The notes under the pieces were generated by a model. The model was not told the origin of the DNA, did no database searches, and saw nothing but the letters and a program-made list of their open reading frames with translations. Below are positions 39,601 to 47,429 of a stretch of 64,000 bases of DNA, piece by piece (within the stretch, counting starts at the first letter, position 1; the number at the start of each line of letters is the position of its first letter). The position numbers and the translations under genes were made by a program. The stretch spans positions 1,952,001 through 2,016,000 of the forward strand of contig CBDCDC010000002.1 of assembly GCA_965215195.1 (NCBI GenBank), written 5' to 3'. The stretch comes from Candidatus Latescibacterota bacterium (lineage in GTDB: Bacteria > Latescibacterota > UBA2968 > UBA8231).

Positions 39601-40374
39601 GATGACCTGTTGCTCAATGGGCGAATCCGATGGAAATGTCGCTGCACTCACCGCCCTTTCAAACCAAGCGAACAACTCCCCATAGAACCGCCGATTCAAT
39701 TCTTCCGTGTCCAGCGCCTCCAGCCAAGCGTCTAACAGGCCGTCAAAATTGTGCGCTTTGTCGTGCTTGCTCATCCACCCCAAGTGCTCGTCCAACGCCA
39801 AGTCCGCCAGTATGTCGAGATGGGCGCGGTGCGGAGCGGCCGGGTCGATCTCCCGTATCAGCGACACGTTGCCCAGCACATCGCGGTTGGGATCGCGCTT
39901 GTGAGGGCGGCGGTGAACAAAGGACAGGGAGAGGAGGCTGTCAGCGGTCTTGAATAGCACCACCGTCGGCATTGGAAACCGCTTGTTGATCTCGCGGGTA
40001 ACGGTGGCGTATTGGCCGCGGGGGTAGGACGTGCCGTTTAGCTCCACAGCGGCAAAGAGGAAGCTACGCGCATTGCCCGCGTCAAAATCGCCCGCGTCGA
40101 ACAACGCACTTTGCGCCGCGATCTCGGCATCAGTCAACTGAAAGAGGATGCGCACGGATTGGACGTTAGCGCAGAATGCCTGCTCGGTCTTGGTGTTTTC
40201 ATTAGCCGCCGGAAATTGCTCGATAAAGTCATCCGCGCTTCCCAAAAGTTCGAGGGTGCGCTCGCTGCGGTAGCCCAACACATCAAGCAAATGAACGGCA
40301 CTTTTGGACCACTCACCCTTTTGGAAGCGCCGTACGGCTTCATCTATCGCCTGTTTGTATTCCGCATCATTCAT
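36616..40374 (-). CDS. Eco57I/type IIG-like N6-adenine DNA methyltransferase with TaqI-like target recognition domain
   Basis: GSYYTP, motif I LDPAVGSGAF, GVDI, motif IV GNPPY, FINGGLF, C-terminal YLLAVLNS...LPIP. Confidence 0.9.
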   Translation of the reverse strand: MNDAEYKQAIDEAVRRFQKGEWSKSAVHLLDVLGYRSERTLELLGSADDFIEQFPAANENTKTEQAFCANVQSVRILFQLTDAEIAAQSALFDAGDFDAGNARSFLFAAVELNGTSYPRGQYATVTREINKRFPMPTVVLFKTADSLLSLSFVHRRPHKRDPNRDVLGNVSLIREIDPAAPHRAHLDILADLALDEHLGWMSKHDKAHNFDGLLDAWLEALDTEELNRRFYGELFAWFERAVSAATFPSDSPIEQQVIRLITRILFVWFIKEKRLVAEEWFIRAEMEKLLANFGGSDYYRAILQNLFFATLNTEIGERGFSTRTYDSHRVFSRYRYRSLMRNETRFEGLMKQTPFINGGLFDCLDSEDSRSAGGKRIDMFSDPDPTQYPDARRTAWRELNVPDDLFFDQERGLFPLLTHYKFTVEENTPIEQEVALDPELLGKVFENLLAAYNPETRDTARKQTGSYYTPRVVVDYMVDEALVAFLTEKARPDDGDRDFWQERLRYLLDYEDAFNDAHELFEVDEAEGLVRAISEIKVLDPAVGSGAFPMGVLHKLTLALRRIDPDNSRWEQLQKELAMERTKSAYETDDQEDRDAELTEISATFERYRDSDFGRKLYLIQNSIFGVDIQPVAGQIAKLRFFISLAIEQEADEAADNFGIKPLPNLETRFVAANTLLKLEDAAQLDLFRQQIESLKTKLAENRERHFHATTRPQKLDCKNEDKRLREALARELNAAGLPEDDADKIAHWDPYDQNAKADWFDTEYMFGMTDGFDVVIGNPPYIQLQKNQGELGRLYKNAGYETFARTGDIYQLFYEKAINLLKQGTGCVCFISSNQWMRVDSGRALRKFIESQNPIRLVNLGAGVFDNVTVNTCILLVNRSPNKNALYAADMRQATQQFPPTEWTHIRLENGETWIVLSEKGQRIRDKMEASGMPLKEWDVTINRGVITGYNDAFIIDDATKQSLIAEDPNSAEIIKPVLRGRDIQRYQAQWADLWLIDTHNGYDDVPAVNIDDYPAVKSHLDGFYSQLEKRQDKGRTPYNLRNCAYHTDFDQKKIAWGNLANQAKFSYVPEDMFVSAPTTMLTPFSHYLLAVLNSKLLDWYFRLIGVERDGGYYEYKPMFIERLPIPKISTEQQAPIIKIVDYIIYLKKQPSTHGKNLAHARDYVMVKYFEQIIDGLVYELYLTDELHRAGKYFFKPLLDERLPPVEEITGDKMSALRGIFERLFDKKHPVRKNLFFLGSLEAIRIIEGKT

Positions 40375-43300
40375 CTTTAATCACCAGCCATGTCACAAGT
40401 TCAAAATCCGTCGTTTTGTCGACCTGTTCATCGAGCTTAGGCAAGACGCTACTGCGACTGGATAAGAGATTGCCAATAGCCCGTTTCTTGTACGTGCTGC
40501 TCAGGGATTGCACCGCTTTTTCGAGCAGACCGTTGTATGGCGTCATGTCTTCACCGTTGTCCGTCTGCGCGTCGAACAGGGCGCACAGTTCCTCGTGCGG
40601 ATTTTTCACCCCGGCACACAACAAACGGTACAGCTCGAGAATCTGCTTGGGTTGGGCAAAGGTAAAGCGCACGTCGCCGTTTTCCCGAACATAGACGAGG
40701 AAGTACGGGTGCAGCGAATTGATCTGCTCGTTTTCCGTTGAATCGCCCTTTTGCCGCAGGCAGAAAACAACGCCCGGGGTAATCACTGGGTAATCCGCGT
40801 ACGTGGGGACAACGGCATAAAGCCCCAGCGGCGCGTCTGCGAGAACTTGCCGATTGGCCTCAATGTACTTCATCAGTTCGACGCGGAAATCGTCGAGGGT
40901 AAATTCATTGAGCGCAATGCTTTCGCTGAAATCCTCGAGGTCTAATAGTTCGTCTTTCAAGCGCAGCAATTGCTTGTCGCGGTATTTGAGGTCATCGGCA
41001 ATCACGTCTTGAATATCCTCTGCCGCCAGCAGATTATCTCCCTGCGTGGCGGCGATATCTACCAATGCCATGCGCGCCTCAACGCGACTTTTCAGGTTGA
41101 TGTAGCGGTTGAGATCGGGCGTGGGCCAGAAGTTGACGAGTTGAACGCTGCGGTTGATGCTGCCGATGCGGTCAATGCGTCCAAACCGTTGAATGATACG
41201 CACCGGATTCCAGTGAATGTCGTAGTTAATCAGGTAATCGCAATCTTGCAGATTTTGTCCTTCAGAAATGCAGTCTGTGCCGATCAGCAAGTCGATCTCG
41301 CCCTCCTGCGGCATGGATTGCATCTGGGCGCGTTTCTTGGCAACCGGAGAAAAGTTCGTCAGAATGTGACTGAAGTCGCGCTTGCCAAACGTCGTTTGAT
41401 TCCCAGACGCGCCGCCCGCTACCATGGCAAGTTGAATCCCCAAGTCTTGGGTTGCCCATGGACGCAGGGCGTCGTAGAGATAGGCGGCCGTGTCGGCAAA
41501 ATGGGTAAAGACCAATACCTTGCGATTCGGCTGTCCGCGCTGGTCAATGGTCGGGTTTTTGACTTTTGCGGCGATGAGTTCCTTCAGTTTGGCGAGTTTA
41601 GCGTCGCGCTCGGGGATGATGTCTTTTGCAAAAAGATACGGCAATTCGAGCTGTTCTTTGTCGCATTGCAAATCCGCCAGCCATGTCTCGACGTCGAGAT
41701 GAGCCATGTTGAAGACCAGCTTTTTTCCCACCTGCATCGCTTCCTGCAACTCTTCATCCTCAAAGGCTTCAATTTCGATCTCTTCCAAATCCAAATTGGG
41801 GTTTTCATCGCGAAATGACTGAAATCGCCGGATTCGTTCTTTTAGGGCCTCAATTTTTTCAATGGTCCGCTCCAGCGTAATGGCAAAGGAATGAATGGAA
41901 CTTTCCAATCGCTTGAGAAAATTCACCTTCATCATGCCAATCAGGTAGTGTTCGCGGTCGCTTTGCGTAAAGTTTTTGATCGGCTGCCCGTCGTATTCTG
42001 AACGGTATTGGGGTAAGACGTATCTCGAAGGATTGAACAGGGAAAGCTGGTACTTGGAGATTTCGTCGTTCAACTCGTCGTACGACATAAACTGATTCTG
42101 CCGGTCAATGTCGGGAGAAACAGAAATCGGCGTACTGCGCGCTGGAAATCCACCGAGTTCTTTAAGCGAATCCCGGTAGTATTGCTCAATGTGTTTGCGG
42201 GAGCGGGCAATGGTCAACTCGTCGAGCAGCTTAAAAAAAGTGGAACTGAGCCGCTCCAGCAAAGTGGCGGTTTGTCGGTGTTCACCGCTCTGCTTCGCCC
42301 ACTCAGTAAAAGTGCGCTGCGCGGTTGCCAGTGTGTCTTTCAGACTCGCAATGCCGAGCGATTCGCAGAAGGCGTCATCGCGGCCTTCGGTCAAAAAGTA
42401 GATCTGGTTGCGTAAATCTTTCAGGTCGTTGTTGACCGGCGTAGCGGAAAGCAACAGCACTTTGGTCTTGACTCCGCTTTGGACAATATCCTCCATTAAA
42501 CGTCGATAGCGGCTCTTGCGAATCGGCACACCGTCCTCGTCTCGCTTGCCCGGTGTGTTGTTGCGGAAGTTGTGCGATTCGTCGATGACGACTAAGTCGA
42601 AATTGCCCCAGTTGAGGGTCGCCAAATCGATGTCGCCCGACTTGCCGCTGTCGCGGCTCAGATCGGTGTGTGACAGCACCGTGTAGCCGAAGCGGTCTTT
42701 GAGGAAGGGATTGAGCTCGCTGTTGTTCTGCGCTTGATAGATCGTCCAGTTGTCGCGCAGTTTCTTGGGACACAAAACGAGGACGCGGGCATTCCGCAAC
42801 TCAAAGTATTTGATCACGGCGAGGGCCTCGAAGGTCTTGCCCAAGCCAACGCTATCGGCGATGATGCAGCCGTTGTGTTGCAGCATTTTGTTGATCGCGC
42901 CCTTTGCGCCGTCCTGCTGAAATTCAAACAGGGCGTTCCATATCTCGGTATCGACGAGTTGCTGCTGTCCGGCGAGCAGACCGCTGTCTTCCTGTTTTGC
43001 CAAAAACCGCTCAAAGAGGTGAAACAGGGTTTTGTAGTAGATAAATTCTGGCGCGTGATTCTGATAGAGCTGTTCGAGATAGGACAGCACATCCGCTTTG
43101 ACATCTTCGACCCGGTCTTTGTCGTTCCAGAGTTCGTCAAACCACGCCTTCAAGTCGCGGCGGTCGCGGTTGCTATCCACCTCCAGATTGAGCTCAATGT
43201 TATTGCCCGTCGGACTCACCCCCAAGCCGCGCACGGTAAAATTGGAACTGCCCACAATCGCCTCTTGTACGCCGTTGTGGGCGATGTGGTACATTTTCCC

Positions 43301-43651
43301 GTGTAGCAGATTCAAAGCCCTAATCGACCGAATCTGCACCTTGTTGTCGATCCACTCGGCGCATTCTCGGGCCACGCGCTTTTGTTGGAGTCGATTCTGC
43401 AGGTGCAAACCCTCGTCTTCGATCTTGAAGGCTTTTTTGTCCGTCTTTTCCGGGTCGAGGCCTTTTACAAAGCGCGGTTCGCCAAACAAAAACCGGAGGT
43501 CTGCAATGTCCAGCAGCGATGCTTTCAGCGCGTCAAACGCATAAATGGTAAAGTACGCGGAGACCATGGAAAGCGACGAGCCGCGCTGGATTTTGGACTG
43601 GAGAAACTCGCCCACGGTGCCCCGCTGGTGGTTGTCCCGGATTCCAGACAT
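40367..43651 (-). CDS. SNF2-family helicase with N-terminal PLD (HxK) nuclease domain
   Basis: LHGKMY...GSSNFT; ADSVGLGKT, DESH, SATP, TDCISEGQNLQ, QRFGRIDRIG. Confidence 0.9.
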   Translation of the reverse strand: MSGIRDNHQRGTVGEFLQSKIQRGSSLSMVSAYFTIYAFDALKASLLDIADLRFLFGEPRFVKGLDPEKTDKKAFKIEDEGLHLQNRLQQKRVARECAEWIDNKVQIRSIRALNLLHGKMYHIAHNGVQEAIVGSSNFTVRGLGVSPTGNNIELNLEVDSNRDRRDLKAWFDELWNDKDRVEDVKADVLSYLEQLYQNHAPEFIYYKTLFHLFERFLAKQEDSGLLAGQQQLVDTEIWNALFEFQQDGAKGAINKMLQHNGCIIADSVGLGKTFEALAVIKYFELRNARVLVLCPKKLRDNWTIYQAQNNSELNPFLKDRFGYTVLSHTDLSRDSGKSGDIDLATLNWGNFDLVVIDESHNFRNNTPGKRDEDGVPIRKSRYRRLMEDIVQSGVKTKVLLLSATPVNNDLKDLRNQIYFLTEGRDDAFCESLGIASLKDTLATAQRTFTEWAKQSGEHRQTATLLERLSSTFFKLLDELTIARSRKHIEQYYRDSLKELGGFPARSTPISVSPDIDRQNQFMSYDELNDEISKYQLSLFNPSRYVLPQYRSEYDGQPIKNFTQSDREHYLIGMMKVNFLKRLESSIHSFAITLERTIEKIEALKERIRRFQSFRDENPNLDLEEIEIEAFEDEELQEAMQVGKKLVFNMAHLDVETWLADLQCDKEQLELPYLFAKDIIPERDAKLAKLKELIAAKVKNPTIDQRGQPNRKVLVFTHFADTAAYLYDALRPWATQDLGIQLAMVAGGASGNQTTFGKRDFSHILTNFSPVAKKRAQMQSMPQEGEIDLLIGTDCISEGQNLQDCDYLINYDIHWNPVRIIQRFGRIDRIGSINRSVQLVNFWPTPDLNRYINLKSRVEARMALVDIAATQGDNLLAAEDIQDVIADDLKYRDKQLLRLKDELLDLEDFSESIALNEFTLDDFRVELMKYIEANRQVLADAPLGLYAVVPTYADYPVITPGVVFCLRQKGDSTENEQINSLHPYFLVYVRENGDVRFTFAQPKQILELYRLLCAGVKNPHEELCALFDAQTDNGEDMTPYNGLLEKAVQSLSSTYKKRAIGNLLSSRSSVLPKLDEQVDKTTDFELVTWLVIKDE

Positions 43652-43681
43652 TTGCAACAAAGGGCTCGCGTGTTGAATGGC

Positions 43682-44206
43682 TCACGCTCGGTGCAGGGCC
43701 TTTTGATACAGGCCGACGCTGTAAAATTCATAGGCCGCCACCTTGTCCGGGAAATCGATCACGTGGACTGTGAAGCGGGCCGGCACGCCCGTATCGGGCA
43801 TGTGGTCGCGGAAAAAGTGGCTGTACGCTTGGGCGTACTGTTGGTAGAGCCGCTGTTGCTCCTCGTGAAAACGCTGCGGATCGGTCAGCGGGTTCACGTC
43901 CTTGGGCTGAGCACCAAAGGCGTGGACCTCAATGAAATCTATCTGGGCAATTGAGTCGCAAATCTCGGCTTCCCGCAGCCACTGCTCCCAACAGCGAAAG
44001 ACCAGTTCGACCTCGACAGCGGGCGTCATCCTCACCAGCTCGTCGCGGCCGAGGATCCCCTTGGCCGAATGCCCGCCGGTCAAGCCGGCGAAGTAGATCT
44101 TCAAATCGCCATTGTCCAGCGCCTCGGTCACCAAGGCCGATAAGGTGGGGTGGTCGCCGCTGTAGTAATAGGTCAGGCGGCCGCGTTGCTTGACGTTAAA
44201 TGCCAT
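43682..44206 (-). CDS. Hypothetical protein, divergent RidA/YjgF-like
   Basis: IYFAGLTG...YAQAYSHFF...PARFTVHV..FP...YEFYSVG matches the Rid fold pattern; start MAFNVKQ after AAGGA. Confidence 0.5.
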   Translation of the reverse strand: MAFNVKQRGRLTYYYSGDHPTLSALVTEALDNGDLKIYFAGLTGGHSAKGILGRDELVRMTPAVEVELVFRCWEQWLREAEICDSIAQIDFIEVHAFGAQPKDVNPLTDPQRFHEEQQRLYQQYAQAYSHFFRDHMPDTGVPARFTVHVIDFPDKVAAYEFYSVGLYQKALHRA

Positions 44207-44226
44207 GTCGTCCTTTCCTTTGTTTG

Positions 44227-47082
44227 TTAGAGTGCTTCGACGAAAATCTCGGCCCAATGCCGCGCCCGCCGCCCGGTGAAATCGGCAATCTGGTGGCGAC
44301 ACGAAGTGCCTACGGCCGCGATCTCCACATCCTCTGCGGCCGCCTCTAGCGCGGCAAAGAGCCGCTCCTGACCCACCTGGCGCGATATTTCAAAGTGCTC
44401 CTTTTCGTAGCCAAAGCTGCCGGCCATGCCACAGCAGCCCGACGGGATTTCCTCGGCGCGAAAGTGGGGCGGCATGTTGAGCACGGCCAATGTCGCGGCC
44501 GTTCCCGTCAGGGCCTTTTGATGGCAATGGCCATGCACCAAAATGTGGCGGGCGGTTCCGGTGAACTCCAAATCGAGCGGGGACTCGCGGACGAGAAAGT
44601 CCTCGAGCAGGACGACCTGCTCGGCCACGCGCCGGCTCTGCGGATCGTCGACCAAGTCCAGATAATCGTCGCTGAGGGCCGACGCGCAGCTCGGCTCCAG
44701 CCCAATGATCGGCACCCCTTCCGCGGCCCAAGGCGCGAGTACCTCCACATTGCGCTGCGCCAAGGCGCGAGCGCGGTCGAGAAAGCCCTTGGAGATGAGC
44801 GGCCGGCCGCAACAGACCTTGTCGGCAACCAAGACCACCTCGTACCCGGCGCACTCCAAGATGATCGTCGCCGCCATGCCAATGGCTGGCTCGTTGTACT
44901 CGACAAAGGTGTCGTTGAAGAGCGCGACGCGGCCCTTGGGGCCGCGGGCCGGACGCCGCCCGGCGAACCAGCGCGAAAACGGCTGACGGGCAAAGGCCGG
45001 CATGCGCCGTCGCCGATCAACGCCCAAAAACGCATCCAACAGCCAGCGATTGAGCCAGCTACGACCGATCCAATTCGACAGGGGTGCCAACGCCGATCCC
45101 CAGCGGTTGATGCGGGCTATGTCGGCAAAGAGCCGCGACCGCAGCGGATAGCCGTGCTGGCGATGGTAGTGAGCGAGAAATTCGTACTTGAGCTTGGCCA
45201 TGTCCACGCTCGACGGGCATTCGGCCTTGCAGGCCTTGCACTCCAAGCAGAGGTCCATCACGCGGTGGACTTCATGGCTGTGCAGGCCGTCGGGCAAGGT
45301 GCCGGCGAGCGCGGCGCGCAAGGCATTGGCCCGGCCGCGGGTGGTGTGCTCCTCGTCCAAGGTCGCCATGTACGACGGGCACATCGTGCCCACCAGCTTT
45401 TTGCGGCAGTGGCCCACCCCAGAGCACATTTCAACGGCCTCCTGAAAGCCGCCCGCCTCGCTAAAGCTGAAAAACGTCTCCACCTTGGGCGTCTGATAGC
45501 TCGCGTCGTAGCGCAAATTTTCATCCATCCGCGGGGGGTTCACGATCTTGCCGGGGTTCATAATCCCCTGCGGGTCAAACGCGGCCTTAACCTCGGCAAA
45601 AGCCGCGACCAACTCCGGGCCAAACATCTTGGCGATCCACTCGCTGCGGGCCAAGCCATCGCCGTGTTCGCCGGACACGGTTCCGCCGTATTCGCGCACC
45701 ATATCGCTCATGCGCTCCTCGATCTGGCGCAGGAGCCTGATGCCCGCGGGGTCTTTGAGGCTGAAGATCGGCCGGATGTGCAACAGGCCGACGCTCGCGT
45801 GCCCATAGTATTCGGCCGCAATCCCCAGTTCCGCCATCAGCGCCTCCACCCGGCGGACGTAGGCGGGCAAATTGGCTACCGGGACGCAGGTGTCCTCCAC
45901 CCCCGGCTGGGGCTTGGGGTCGCCTTTCATGCCCATCAACAGCCCCAACCCGGCTTTGCGTATCCCCCAAATCGCCTGCTGGTCTGCCGGATCGACGGCC
46001 CGCACCCAAGCGTAGCCCATCCCGCGCCCCCGCAACCGCTCCTCCAACCCGTCCAGCTTGCGCTCCAGCTCAACGGCCGAGTCCGCGTAGTACTCGACCA
46101 CGAGCAGGGCGGCTGGGTCGCCCTGCAAAAAGCGACGACCCGGGGCGTGTTCGCTGGAGTCCTTGGTCTGCTCGAGCAGAATGTAGTCCATCAGCTCGCT
46201 GGCGACTGGCGAGGTCTCTAACGCGGTCAGATTGGCCTCCATGGCCTCGACCAAGTCGTGGAAGTGGACGGCCACCAAGCCCTTGTGCGCGGGCAACTCC
46301 ACCAAGTTCAACCGCGCTTCGACAACCGCGCAGAGCGTACCCTCCGAGCCGACGACCAGCTTGCTCAGGTCAAAGGGAGCGCCGTCGATGAACTCGTCGA
46401 GATTGTAGCCCGAGACGCGGCGCATCACTTGGGGGAATCCCGTGCGGATCTGCGCTTCGCGCGCGCGGACGATGCGGCCAACTTCGCGGTAAATGCGACC
46501 TTCGAGGCTGTCCAAATGCGCACGGCGTTCGCACTCGTCGTCGGCTAGCGGCCCGAACACCGCTTGCGAGCCATCGGCCAGCACCACCTTTAGCTCCTGC
46601 ACATGGTCGATGGTCTTGCCGTATATAATTGAATGCGCACCGCAGGAATTGTTGCCGATCATTCCGCCGATATTGGCCCGGCTGCTTGTGGATACATCGG
46701 GCGCGAAAATCAGGCCGTAGGGCTGCAAGTAGGCATTGAGTTCATCGAGCACCAAGCCCGGCTGGACCCGCACCCAGCGCTCGTCCGGGTCGAACTCCAA
46801 GATCCGATTCATGTATTTGGAAAAATCGACATGGACCGCGGCCCCCACCGACTGGCCCGCCAAACTCGTACCGCCGCCCCGCGGCAAGACAGCCGCCCCC
46901 TGCTCAGCGGCAATTTTTACTGCGGCGATTACATCGGCCTCGTCTTTGGGCACGACCAGCCCCAAGGGCTCCATCTCGTAGATGCTGGCGTCAGTGCGGT
47001 AGAGCATGCGCGAAACCGCGTCAAAGCGCACTTCGCCTTGGATGGCCTGCTGCAAGGCCATCGCCAATGTATTTCTATTCAT
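44227..47082 (-). CDS. FAD-binding, Fe-S-containing oxidoreductase (GlcD/GlcF-type fusion)
   Basis: RGGGTSLAGQ, GGMIGNNSCG, GSEGTL, SGEHGDG, CSGVGHC, CLECKACKAECP, CCG domains. Confidence 0.9.
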   Translation of the reverse strand: MNRNTLAMALQQAIQGEVRFDAVSRMLYRTDASIYEMEPLGLVVPKDEADVIAAVKIAAEQGAAVLPRGGGTSLAGQSVGAAVHVDFSKYMNRILEFDPDERWVRVQPGLVLDELNAYLQPYGLIFAPDVSTSSRANIGGMIGNNSCGAHSIIYGKTIDHVQELKVVLADGSQAVFGPLADDECERRAHLDSLEGRIYREVGRIVRAREAQIRTGFPQVMRRVSGYNLDEFIDGAPFDLSKLVVGSEGTLCAVVEARLNLVELPAHKGLVAVHFHDLVEAMEANLTALETSPVASELMDYILLEQTKDSSEHAPGRRFLQGDPAALLVVEYYADSAVELERKLDGLEERLRGRGMGYAWVRAVDPADQQAIWGIRKAGLGLLMGMKGDPKPQPGVEDTCVPVANLPAYVRRVEALMAELGIAAEYYGHASVGLLHIRPIFSLKDPAGIRLLRQIEERMSDMVREYGGTVSGEHGDGLARSEWIAKMFGPELVAAFAEVKAAFDPQGIMNPGKIVNPPRMDENLRYDASYQTPKVETFFSFSEAGGFQEAVEMCSGVGHCRKKLVGTMCPSYMATLDEEHTTRGRANALRAALAGTLPDGLHSHEVHRVMDLCLECKACKAECPSSVDMAKLKYEFLAHYHRQHGYPLRSRLFADIARINRWGSALAPLSNWIGRSWLNRWLLDAFLGVDRRRRMPAFARQPFSRWFAGRRPARGPKGRVALFNDTFVEYNEPAIGMAATIILECAGYEVVLVADKVCCGRPLISKGFLDRARALAQRNVEVLAPWAAEGVPIIGLEPSCASALSDDYLDLVDDPQSRRVAEQVVLLEDFLVRESPLDLEFTGTARHILVHGHCHQKALTGTAATLAVLNMPPHFRAEEIPSGCCGMAGSFGYEKEHFEISRQVGQERLFAALEAAAEDVEIAAVGTSCRHQIADFTGRRARHWAEIFVEAL

Positions 47083-47154
47083 TCTCAAGGCATTGATCGG
47101 TTGCGCACCTTCTTCGCCCCGAAGAGAGCTGGCGCACTGGGTAGGGACACTTCA

Positions 47155-47184
47155 ATAGTAAGAACGCACTCCACGGGCCGTCAA
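47155..47184 (-). promoter_or_regulatory. Putative promoter of the oxidoreductase gene
   Basis: TTGACG-18 nt-TACTAT. Confidence 0.45.
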
Positions 47185-47429
47185 ATTCCCGCCCGGATCG
47201 CTTTTTCATTTTGTCTTTCCCGATAACATCGCCTGCTAGGAGCTGCTTCAGTTAAATGCTCCCGATGGAACCTGCACAGAAGCGACGCCTCGCACTACCA
47301 AGGGCAACGCGAGGCCCTAACGTGCCCGTTGATTTGTCAACTGCCGCGTCTAACTAACCTCAGCCGAGAATTTGTGTCGATTTCCCAAGGCTGGTTTGCG
47401 GTGAAGAATTTGTGTTTCAAAGGGACGGA

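Noticed and set aside
32422-43651. DISARM, BREX or Thoeris assignment
   Set aside because: No DrmA/DrmB (DUF1998), no PglZ/BrxC, and no ThsA-like SIR2/Macro effector is visible
44395-46221. 608-aa plus-strand ORF and other long antisense ORFs (e.g. 53-55 kb, 40970-41818)
   Set aside because: Shadow frames of well-supported opposite-strand genes in high-GC DNA, with no recognisable motifs
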